Assembly: GCA_049699855.1 (NCBI GenBank)
Contig: JBNAWM010000007.1
Span: 14,716 to 28,952 of the forward strand
Reading direction: 5' to 3'
Source: Candidatus Cryosericum sp.
Lineage (GTDB): Bacteria > Caldisericota > Caldisericia > Cryosericales > Cryosericaceae
DNA: 14,237 bases
Part shown: in pieces, positions 6,479 through 14,237 of the stretch
Layout of the letters: every line of letters starts with the position of its first letter
How positions within the stretch are numbered: position 1 is the first letter of the stretch
Program-made: the position numbers and the translations under genes
Notes under the pieces: model-generated
What the model saw: only the letters and a program-made list of their open reading frames with translations
Told to the model about the DNA's origin: nothing
Databases searched by the model: none

Positions 6479-9424
6479 ATGAGAAGAGTTCATGAGCTCG
6501 AAAGAATGACCTCCGCAGATACTCGCTGGTCAGACACCAGAAGAGCCATCAGATTCCGATGCGCTCGGTACGTGGTGGTCATGTTTGTCATTGCGGCTGT
6601 CCTCGTTGCACTGCCCTCATTCACCTGTCGTGCCGCCTCGAGTGAGCAGTCATCTGCTCATCTGGTTGTGGCCGTAAACATCTATGAGCCCTTCGTGTTC
6701 ATGCGCGACGGTGAGCTGGCAGGTTTTGATGTCGATCTGGTCAACCTCATCGCTTCGCTCAACGGGTGGAGTGTCAGCTACGAGACGATGACCTTTCCTG
6801 CTGAACTGTTGAGCATCCAGAGCAATGCAGTCGACCTGGGCATCGGATCAGTCTTCAAGACAAGCGACCGCGCCTCCCGCTTTGCCTTCACGACTGCATA
6901 CATGAATTCTGGACTGGTCCTTGTCACGCCTGCCGACAGCACGATTCATTCAGCCGGCGACCTTGGCGGGCACCGGATCGCCGTCAAGACCGGGACAACT
7001 TCAGATGACTACGTATCAGGTCTAGGGTCTCAGTACGGCCATATCGAGATCGAGCGTTATGTCTCGGCTGAACAAGTCATCGCAGCAGTTGCCAGCGGCC
7101 GTGCTGACGCTGCCGTTCACGACTATATCAATGCGCAGTACCTCATCAATGCTCACTACCTGGGAACTCTCGTCATCCAGAAGGGCACCATCCTCGCTCC
7201 ATTTCTTGCCGGCCCCCAGCCCGTTGCCTATCCGGCAGCCCGAAATATGCTTCCTCTCCTGCCAAAATTCAATGCAACCCTGGCCGAACTGAAACGCAAT
7301 GGAATGCTGGCGCAGTTGGAGAGAAAATGGTTTGGTTCCACCATCTCTTTGTACACAGGCGCTGACTGGCTGAGAACAGCGCTGCCCTGGATAGCCGGCA
7401 CCACGATCGTCCTGCTGGCCATGTATCTCCTTGTTTCGCGCGAGCGCGCCATGCGTGCCGCCCGCGACAGGGCCGCCTACTATCAGCAGCTCTTTTCTGC
7501 TGTGCCGGAACCTGCATTGCTTGTCAGAGACACCAAGGAACGACTGGAGATCGAGGCTGTCAACGAAGCCCTCTGCACCCTGCTGGGCCGAAAGGAATCT
7601 GAACTGCTTGGTGCTCCCCTTGGATCTCTCATGGTTTCCTCAGCCGGCAGTACACCGAAGATGATTGGATCTCTCGAAGACCAAAGCAGTGCATCAACGG
7701 GATGGCAATTCGTCGCTCGGGATGGAACAGTCATTCCTGTCGAAGTCATGATGTCCACTCTACAGACACCAGTAAAACGCGTCTTGATCGTCGCCCGCGA
7801 CCTGCGAGAACAGCTCAGGGCACAGCAGACTGTCCAGACGGCATACGAGCAGTATCATGCCCTCTTCGACGAAGCGCCGGATCCAACCCTCATCATGACG
7901 GAAGGCAAGATCATGCTCGCCAACCGTTCTACAGCGCGCGTGCTGGGCTTGACACGTGAAGAACTCGTCGGAAAGGCCGTCCTTGATCTCAGTCCCGTTG
8001 TCCAGCCCGGTGGTCGACCCTCGGCACAAGTACTGCAGGAGAAAGAAGCCGGGGCTGTCGCTGGCCAGGTTCAACGATTCGACTGGGTGCTTGTCAGGAG
8101 CGATGGTCAGCAGGTGATCTGTGAAGCTTCGGTCAAATCGATTGCCTCGGCTGGGCCATCCGTTCTGCAGGTCATCTTCCGCGACGTCACCGACCGCAGA
8201 TTGATGGAGGAACGCTCGCAGCAGCTGGAACGCGAACTCCTGCAATCACAGAAGATGGAAGCGGTCGGCAGGCTTGCGGGTGGAATCGCCCATGATTTCA
8301 ACAATATCATGGGTGGCATCATGGGACACGCATCTCTGCTCAAGGTGGACGCAGCCGAAGGCACGGATCTGTACGACGGACTCAGTACGATTGAGCTTGC
8401 GGCGCGCCGGGCCGCAAGTCTAACACGTCGTCTGCTCTCCTTTACCCGAAAGGAGACTTCAACTGTCACCAATGTCGACATCGGGGCCGTCGTGACGGAC
8501 ACTCTGGCAATTGCCATGCCTGGATTTGACCAGCGCACGGTTCTGGCACAGAACATTGCGCCGGACCTTGCCTATGTTGCTGGCGATCAGACTCAGTTGG
8601 AGGAGGTCTTCCTCAATCTCATCATCAACGCCCGTGATGCCATGAAGCCAAAAGGGGGAACGTTGACGATCGATGCTCATAATGTGAATGTCGACCAATC
8701 CTTCTGTGTGAGCCACGCCATTCCTGCGCTTACAGATGGCGCTTATGTGGAGATCAGTGTCACGGACAGCGGATGCGGGTTGACCGCCGACGCCCGTGAC
8801 CATCTGTTTGAGCCGTTCTTCACCACCAAGCCGGACGGGACAGGATTGGGCCTCTCGATTGTCTGGCGTGTGGTCCATGAGCAAAAGGGAACGATTGCCG
8901 TGAAATCGGAACCTGGCAAGGGAACCACCTTCACCGTGTACCTCCCGGCCATACCCCGCGCTGAAGCCCAGCAGAAAGCTCGCCAAACGTCCATCTCGGG
9001 ATCACTTCCCCGTTCTGCCCGCGGAGAAACCGTTCTCATTGTCGATGACGAAGAAGTGGTGCGCAGCGTAGCAGTGAGGGTGCTTTCGAGCCTGGGATAC
9101 AACGTCATCGACACCAGCAACCCGCTGGATGCAGTGGCCATCTACAAGGAATCGTGGCGCTCAATCGACTTGGTCCTGGTCGACATGATGATGCCGCATA
9201 TGAACGGCAAGGAGCTCTTTGACAGACTTCGCGAGGTCAATCCCGAGGTCCTGGCGATATTGATGTCTGGCTACGACGCCACCGACACTACCCTTGAGAC
9301 ATCAGGCTTTGTGGGGTTTATCCCCAAGCCGTACACGCTTCAGGAGCTGGCCACGCGCGTGTATCAGTCTCTCATGACTCCTGGCAGTTCTTCCTCCGGC
9401 AGCACCGCAGACGCCTCCGCTTGA
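6479..9424 (+). CDS. Hybrid sensor histidine kinase: family-3 solute-binding domain, TM, two PAS domains, HisKA, HATPase_c, receiver; start uncertain (6473/6479/6507)
   Basis: YEPFVF...GFDVDL...TSDRASRFAFTTAY (PBPb); TM WIAGTTIVLLAMYLLV; two PAS-like repeats ending IVARDL and IFRDVTDR; H-box QKMEAVGRLAGGIAHDFNN; N-box NLIINARDAM; DSGCG, FEPFFTTK, GTGLGL; REC LIVDDE, LVDMMMPHMNG, SGY, KPY. Confidence 0.95.
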   Translation: MRRVHELERMTSADTRWSDTRRAIRFRCARYVVVMFVIAAVLVALPSFTCRAASSEQSSAHLVVAVNIYEPFVFMRDGELAGFDVDLVNLIASLNGWSVSYETMTFPAELLSIQSNAVDLGIGSVFKTSDRASRFAFTTAYMNSGLVLVTPADSTIHSAGDLGGHRIAVKTGTTSDDYVSGLGSQYGHIEIERYVSAEQVIAAVASGRADAAVHDYINAQYLINAHYLGTLVIQKGTILAPFLAGPQPVAYPAARNMLPLLPKFNATLAELKRNGMLAQLERKWFGSTISLYTGADWLRTALPWIAGTTIVLLAMYLLVSRERAMRAARDRAAYYQQLFSAVPEPALLVRDTKERLEIEAVNEALCTLLGRKESELLGAPLGSLMVSSAGSTPKMIGSLEDQSSASTGWQFVARDGTVIPVEVMMSTLQTPVKRVLIVARDLREQLRAQQTVQTAYEQYHALFDEAPDPTLIMTEGKIMLANRSTARVLGLTREELVGKAVLDLSPVVQPGGRPSAQVLQEKEAGAVAGQVQRFDWVLVRSDGQQVICEASVKSIASAGPSVLQVIFRDVTDRRLMEERSQQLERELLQSQKMEAVGRLAGGIAHDFNNIMGGIMGHASLLKVDAAEGTDLYDGLSTIELAARRAASLTRRLLSFTRKETSTVTNVDIGAVVTDTLAIAMPGFDQRTVLAQNIAPDLAYVAGDQTQLEEVFLNLIINARDAMKPKGGTLTIDAHNVNVDQSFCVSHAIPALTDGAYVEISVTDSGCGLTADARDHLFEPFFTTKPDGTGLGLSIVWRVVHEQKGTIAVKSEPGKGTTFTVYLPAIPRAEAQQKARQTSISGSLPRSARGETVLIVDDEEVVRSVAVRVLSSLGYNVIDTSNPLDAVAIYKESWRSIDLVLVDMMMPHMNGKELFDRLREVNPEVLAILMSGYDATDTTLETSGFVGFIPKPYTLQELATRVYQSLMTPGSSSSGSTADASA

Positions 9425-10686
9425 AGCCTGCCTGACGCCGGAACGCCGGGGGTAGCGAACGTTTTCAGTCCATGGAACGTGCGGGGCGTGACAAAGATGA
9501 GCATCACTCCCAGGAAGACAACACCAATGACTCCGCTGACGAGGAAACCCATGCTGGCACCGAGCACATCAGAGATCTGGCCTGCGTAAAGTGCGCCGAT
9601 AGGGGTTGAACCTACAAACACCAGATTGTAGGCAGCCATAACCCGCCCCCGCATGTGATCGGGCGACTGCATCTGCAGGGCGGTATTGCTCAGCGTCGAC
9701 AGAGCTGCCATGCCAAATCCACAGAAAATCAGGAGGAGTCCCGTCAAATAGAAATTCCGCTGCAGCCCGACCAAAATCATTGCGACAGCGAGAATGAAAC
9801 CCGACCAGTAGATGTAGGCAGGCGTGGGTTCCAATCGTGAGCCGCCAAGGGACATCAACACTCCCGCAGCCAATGCCCCCACTCCCATCGCTGACATCAG
9901 CCCGCCATATCCATCAGCTCGCAGGCCCAGGGTCAGTTTTGCAAAGCTTGGAATGAGAATGTTGAAGTTGAGAAGGAAGAGACTGATGACGCCAGCGATG
10001 ATGAGAAGACTCATGATCACCTGATTCTTTGCTATGTACTGGACCCCCTCCCGTACCTCCTGTGCATAGTTCCCCTTGCCGCTCTTGCTTGGCTTGCGGC
10101 CCGCCTGCATGAACAGCAGGCTTATGATGACGGCAATGAAGCTGACCGAGTTCAGGGCAAAGGTCCAGGGAATTCCTACGGCCGCGATCAGGATGCCGCC
10201 GATGCCTGGACCAACGACACGAGCAATGTTGAAAATCGTGCTATTCAGTGCCAGCGCGTTGACAACCGCTGACTTGTCACTTACCTGTTCGGAGACAAAT
10301 GCCTGCCTCGTTGGCCAGTCGACGGCACTGATGACACCCGTGAGAGCAGAGATGAGGAGAACCTGCCAGTACTGGGCATGGCCTCCAAACGCTACGACAG
10401 CCAGAGCGGCGGCGGCCAGTGCATACATGATCTGCGTGAACAACAGGATGGAACGCTTGGGAAATCGGTCAATGACTGGCCCAATGAATACCGAAAGAAT
10501 CAAGGAAGGAAGAAACTGGATGCTGGTCAGCAGACCAAGCTTGAACGGCGAATTGGTAAGTTTCAGGACCAGCCAGGCCTGACCCGTGTTTTGAAGCCAG
10601 GTGCCAATGAGGGAGATACTCTGTCCCACAAACCAGAGACGGTAGTCTTTGGATTCAAGAGCAGGCAGCCGTTTTCGAATGTTCAA
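9364..10686 (-). CDS. MFS transporter (MFS_3 / MefA-DHA3-like), 440 aa
   Basis: Start moved to TTG 10686 (AAGGAAG 7 nt upstream), giving MNIRKRLPALESKDYRLWFVGQSISLIGTWLQ, the typical N-terminus of this family. Motif A GPVIDRFPKR; NALALNSTIFNIARVVGPGIGG; PDHMRGRVMA; about 12 hydrophobic segments. Confidence 0.9.
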   Translation of the reverse strand: MNIRKRLPALESKDYRLWFVGQSISLIGTWLQNTGQAWLVLKLTNSPFKLGLLTSIQFLPSLILSVFIGPVIDRFPKRSILLFTQIMYALAAAALAVVAFGGHAQYWQVLLISALTGVISAVDWPTRQAFVSEQVSDKSAVVNALALNSTIFNIARVVGPGIGGILIAAVGIPWTFALNSVSFIAVIISLLFMQAGRKPSKSGKGNYAQEVREGVQYIAKNQVIMSLLIIAGVISLFLLNFNILIPSFAKLTLGLRADGYGGLMSAMGVGALAAGVLMSLGGSRLEPTPAYIYWSGFILAVAMILVGLQRNFYLTGLLLIFCGFGMAALSTLSNTALQMQSPDHMRGRVMAAYNLVFVGSTPIGALYAGQISDVLGASMGFLVSGVIGVVFLGVMLIFVTPRTFHGLKTFATPGVPASGRLQAEASAVLPEEELPGVMRD

Positions 10687-10760
10687 TCGATGTCTTCCTT
10701 TCGCGAACCGAAGTATTAGGTGCATACAGTCTAGCCGTTCTGCCAGCAAATCATGAACAA

Positions 10761-12038
10761 CTAATGCTTCACCATCTGTAGCAGGGTCTGAACCGTGAGG
10801 GTGCCGGCCAGGATAATCATGACGATCGCCTGTGCCCATACCGCGATATTCTTACCACGGCTGTTGACGTATTCTCCCATCAACGACTTGTCGTTGACCA
10901 GCTTCAGCATGAGAACCAGGATCAGCGGCAGAAGGACGCCGTTTGCCGCCTGCGAAAACAGCATGACCCCAACGAGCTTGTTCTCGGGTACAAACATGAT
11001 GATCCCTGCACCCAGGACAATGAGAGCCGTGTAGAGGCCATAGAAGAGAGGAGCCTCTCGAAATGACTTCCCCACACCCGACTCCCAGCCAAATGCTTCA
11101 GCGACGGAATATGCCGTCGAGAGGGGCAGGACACCCGCAGCCATGATGGATGCATTCAACAAGCCAATGGCAAACAGCACGGACGCGTACTTCCCCGCCA
11201 GTGGAGCCAGCGCACCGGCTGCTTCTGCGGCAGTATTAACTCGGACGCCTGCAACAAACAGCGTGCTTGCGCATGCAACAACTATGAAAAAGGAAACAAA
11301 GTTGGTGAGGAAACTGCCGATGTAGGTGTCCAGGGCCTCATACTTGTAGTTGCGTACATCGATCGCCTTTTCGGCAACAGAAGACTGCTGGTAAAACTGC
11401 ATCCATGGCGCGATGGTTGTCCCAATGGTCGCGATGAACAGCGAAATGAACTCGGGATTCATCTGGAAACTCGGCACAACCGCCGCCTTGCCAACAACGC
11501 TCCAGTTTGGATGAGCCATGAACGCACTGGCGACATAGGTCAGATAGAGGACGCAGAACAGGAGCAGGACCTTTTCCACTCCCTTGTATGATCCTCGCAC
11601 GACGAGAAACCAGACGAGGAAGGCAACCGCAGGGATTGCGACGAATCGGTTCAAGCCCAGAATCGGGCTGGCTCCTGCCACTCCTGCAAATTCGCCCATG
11701 GTATTGGTCAGGTTCGTGAACACCAGCAGAATCATGACAATCATGGTGAGCCGGATACCAAATCGTTCGCGAATGAGATCCGCCAGGCCTTTGCCCGTGA
11801 CGACGCCCATGCGCGCACTCATCTCCTGAATCATGGCCAGGGTGAAGGTGATGAGCAGGAGTATCCAAAGCATCGAGTAGCCAAACCTCGCCCCAATGAC
11901 GCTGTAGGTTGTAATGCCACCTGCATCATTGTCGACGTTGCCCGTTATGATTCCAGGACCGAGAACTGCGAGCATGACTGGCAGGGTGAGTGCAAAGTGA
12001 CGCAATCTGCCTCTAAGACGTGCTCTCATGCGTGGCAT
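10761..12038 (-). CDS. Nramp/SLC11-related divalent cation transporter, NRMT (Mg2+-type) clade
   Basis: GPGIITGNVDNDAGGITTYS (DAGG in place of DPGN), QEMSARMGVVTGKGLADLIRERFG, TM6 IGTTIAPWMQFYQQS, LMGEYVN. Alternative ATG at 12029. Confidence 0.9.
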   Translation of the reverse strand: MPRMRARLRGRLRHFALTLPVMLAVLGPGIITGNVDNDAGGITTYSVIGARFGYSMLWILLLITFTLAMIQEMSARMGVVTGKGLADLIRERFGIRLTMIVMILLVFTNLTNTMGEFAGVAGASPILGLNRFVAIPAVAFLVWFLVVRGSYKGVEKVLLLFCVLYLTYVASAFMAHPNWSVVGKAAVVPSFQMNPEFISLFIATIGTTIAPWMQFYQQSSVAEKAIDVRNYKYEALDTYIGSFLTNFVSFFIVVACASTLFVAGVRVNTAAEAAGALAPLAGKYASVLFAIGLLNASIMAAGVLPLSTAYSVAEAFGWESGVGKSFREAPLFYGLYTALIVLGAGIIMFVPENKLVGVMLFSQAANGVLLPLILVLMLKLVNDKSLMGEYVNSRGKNIAVWAQAIVMIILAGTLTVQTLLQMVKH

Positions 12039-12046
12039 CCGCCCGG

Positions 12047-13270
12047 TTACTCCATGGCCTGGTCGAGCACATCGTCGACGGTCACGATGCCCTGCAGAAT
12101 CCCATCGTGATCGACCACGGGCAGAGCGAGATAGCTGTACTTGTCGATGATCTCGGCCACCTTGTCCTTGGAGTCGTCTACGAAGACCGATACAGTACGT
12201 TTCTGCATGAGATCCGAGACGATCGTCCCCGGCTGTGCAACAATCAACGCCCGCAGTGAGAGGATGCCTGCCAGGTGTCCGTCATCGTCCGTAACGTAGA
12301 GATAGTAGATCGTCTCCGTATCGGGAGCCTCCCTGCGGAGGAGTTCGATGACCTGCTCCGCAGTCATTTCCTGGCGGATTTCGAGATAGTCATTTGTCAT
12401 GAGGCCGCCCGCGGTGTCCTCGTCATATGCAAGCAGTTCGCGGACGTCTGCACGCTCCTCCGGTTCCATCTCCTGCAGCATTGCCTCCTGAGTCTCGGCA
12501 CGCGTATCCTGCAGGATATCGGCAGCGTCATCCGGATCCATCTCCTCAAGAATGTCTGCTGCCCGCGCGACGCCCAGGCGTTCAAGGATGGTAACCTTCA
12601 CCCTGTCATCTTCCAGCTCGGCGAGCGTATTGGCTGCCTGCTCGTCATTCAAAGCCTTGAAGAGAGCATCGCGCTCGTTGAAGTCAAGATCGTCGACGAC
12701 ATCAGCCAGATCAGAAGGATGGAGCTTGGAGAGCTCCTGCCACGTTGCCCTGACCTGGACGCTGTGCACGTCGCGTCCAAGGGGCTCGACGAAGCTCCAC
12801 GGAATCGAATTCTCGGCAATCTTGTGATGCCGGGCTGCCTCCATTAGGAAAATGACCCAGGACAAACCGGCTCTCCGCATGAAGCTCCGAAATCCGGCGT
12901 CCGCGGCTATGACACGCAACTGCCCATGGCTCTCTGCCAGTTCGATGTCGTTCACGCGCACGACTTTGGCGCCATGGATATCAACAATCTGCTTGTCAAG
13001 GACGTGGTTGAGCAGCAGCATGGATGTGCTTTCCAGCTTCGCAGTCGGCTGAAGTTCACTGCCTGCAAGTTTGAGCGTACACTCCGTGACTCCCAGTCCA
13101 CGCACATTGTGCCAGACGACGCGCGTCAATCCCCTCTGAGTTCTTACCAGAACGGCCATGACAGCCGGAAACTTTTCGCCAAGAGCAACTTCAAGATCTG
13201 CTATGGATCCAACGACGACCTGTTTCCGATCCAGAACGCGCATGCCAAGAATGTTGCTAAGGTAAAACAC
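12047..13270 (-). CDS. Soluble MgtE-intracellular-domain protein (PRC-barrel-like repeats, MgtE_N, CBS pair; no membrane domain), 407 aa
   Basis: Start moved to GTG 13270 (SD GGAGG 13280-13276). LHPSDLADVV, EEMDPDDAADIL, LLAYDEDTAGGLMT, IYYLYVTD, LPVVD...GIVTVDDVLD, then stop; no MgtE TM segments. Confidence 0.9.
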   Translation of the reverse strand: MFYLSNILGMRVLDRKQVVVGSIADLEVALGEKFPAVMAVLVRTQRGLTRVVWHNVRGLGVTECTLKLAGSELQPTAKLESTSMLLLNHVLDKQIVDIHGAKVVRVNDIELAESHGQLRVIAADAGFRSFMRRAGLSWVIFLMEAARHHKIAENSIPWSFVEPLGRDVHSVQVRATWQELSKLHPSDLADVVDDLDFNERDALFKALNDEQAANTLAELEDDRVKVTILERLGVARAADILEEMDPDDAADILQDTRAETQEAMLQEMEPEERADVRELLAYDEDTAGGLMTNDYLEIRQEMTAEQVIELLRREAPDTETIYYLYVTDDDGHLAGILSLRALIVAQPGTIVSDLMQKRTVSVFVDDSKDKVAEIIDKYSYLALPVVDHDGILQGIVTVDDVLDQAME

Positions 13271-13311
13271 AAGCGCCTCCCGGGGCAAGGTATCGTATTT
13301 CCAGCTCCAGT

Positions 13312-13340
13312 ATGCTAGAGGTTTTGCCCTGTGATGTCAA
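13312..13340 (-). promoter_or_regulatory. Putative sigma70-type promoter for the MgtE_N-CBS / Nramp pair
   Basis: Minus strand TTGACA (13340-13335) - 17 nt - TAGCAT (13317-13312). Confidence 0.6.
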
Positions 13341-13373
13341 GCATCCGATATCCCTCGTCCACAGGGCGACCGA

Positions 13374-14237
13374 TCAGCGGTCGCCGACCTCGATGTTCTC
13401 GACCGGCGACACGGCTTCCTCTCCCATGAGCAGTGGCTCAGACAGAGGAAGGCGCCCGATCACGCTCTTGCGCCAATCGAAGGCAAACACCAGAACGAGC
13501 GACAGAAGACCTGCAATGATGTTGCTGATGGTCATGCCAATCCAGACGCCGCGCGAACCAAGCTTCAGACCTATGCCAAACAGCCATGCCATCGGAACGC
13601 GCAACCCCCACAGCCTGACAAGATCCAGAATCATGTTGGGAACATTGTGTCCAGACCCCTGAAATGCCGACTGGACTCCCATCATCAATCCGAAAAATGG
13701 ATTGGCCCACAGAAAGAGGGACATGAAGAGGACGCCCTCGGCGATGATTTCCGGATGACTTGGAATGAAAGCCTTGAAGACCAGCGGCGTGATGAGTCGA
13801 AGAAAGACGCTTGCGACAACCATGAGGCCCACCACCGTCATCGTTCCCTCTCGCACGACGGCGGCCGCCCGTTCCCTCATCCCGGCTCCCAGCGCCTGCC
13901 CAACCATCGTAGCAATCCCTATGCCAGCTCCGTCGTTTATCAATGAAGTGATGCTGAACATCCTGTCCCCAATGCCATATGCTGACAGCGCCACGGTCGC
14001 GTTTGGAACACGTCCGATGATTCCTGTGAGCACAATGAACCCGAAGGATGTTCCAGAGGCACCAATAGACGCGGGCAAACCGATGCGCAAGATGCGCTTG
14101 ACCCACACAGCCTCAGGACGCAGATCATGGCCAGTCACCCTCAGCTTTCGCCTGCCGGTTGTGAGAATCCACAGGGAGATGGCGGCAGAGAGCACCTGAC
14201 ACAGGACAGTCGCAAGAGCAGCGCCCGCTATCCCCAT
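13374..14237 (-). CDS. MATE-family efflux transporter, C-terminal part (5' end beyond the window)
   Basis: MGIAGAALATVLCQ, ILRIGLPAS, ATMVGQALGAG, FQGSG, LWGLRVPMAW, LGSRGVWIGM are characteristic MATE segments; frame open to the window edge. Confidence 0.92.
   Translation of the reverse strand: MGIAGAALATVLCQVLSAAISLWILTTGRRKLRVTGHDLRPEAVWVKRILRIGLPASIGASGTSFGFIVLTGIIGRVPNATVALSAYGIGDRMFSITSLINDGAGIGIATMVGQALGAGMRERAAAVVREGTMTVVGLMVVASVFLRLITPLVFKAFIPSHPEIIAEGVLFMSLFLWANPFFGLMMGVQSAFQGSGHNVPNMILDLVRLWGLRVPMAWLFGIGLKLGSRGVWIGMTISNIIAGLLSLVLVFAFDWRKSVIGRLPLSEPLLMGEEAVSPVENIEVGDR

Noticed and set aside
10687..10839. 51-codon N-terminal extension of the MFS ORF overlapping the Nramp gene
   Set aside because: No family resemblance; SD and typical N-terminus support TTG 10686.
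12047..13270. Truncated or pseudogenised mgtE
   Set aside because: Clean stop after the CBS pair, extra N-terminal PRC-like repeats, no TM remnant downstream, and tight coupling to the next gene indicate an intact soluble protein.
13365..13385. Intrinsic terminator after the MATE gene
   Set aside because: 8-bp stem overlaps the stop codon and lacks a U-tract on the coding strand.
1..14237. Remaining 60-220 aa ORFs in the six-frame track; CRISPR arrays, IS elements, tRNA/rRNA, defence or phage genes
   Set aside because: The extra ORFs overlap well-supported genes and show no motifs I recognise, as expected in GC-rich DNA. No regularly spaced repeats, transposase/integrase motifs or stable-RNA signatures were seen by eye.

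Overview
Gene-dense, moderately GC-rich bacterial chromosomal segment; no mobile element, CRISPR array, rRNA or tRNA was recognised. Left to right: (-) a secreted copper-amine-oxidase-N/'stalk'-domain protein running off the left edge, behind a ~160-nt structured leader; (+) an overlapping three-gene unit of HAD-family hydrolase, histidine ammonia-lyase (hutH) and TM1586-like nitroreductase; (-) a stand-alone 61-aa very basic ORF with its own sigma70-type promoter, a near-perfect Shine-Dalgarno and a 14-bp perfect hairpin inside its 3' coding region; (-) Cof-type HAD phosphatase and a secreted stalk + phosphodiester-glycosidase (NAGPA/DUF2233-like) protein; (+) a hybrid sensor kinase (amino-acid-binding domain, PAS-PAS, HisKA, HATPase, REC); (-) MFS transporter, Nramp-related Mg2+-type transporter, soluble MgtE_N-CBS protein and a partial MATE exporter. 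The most interesting candidate is the small basic ORF: its size, charge and internal hairpin match the layout of non-stop-mRNA-regulated ribosome rescue factors (ArfA/BrfA), but I do not recognise the sequence, so this is a hypothesis. The repeated stalk-domain proteins are reminiscent of Caldisericota/Firmicutes-like anaerobes (inference only).
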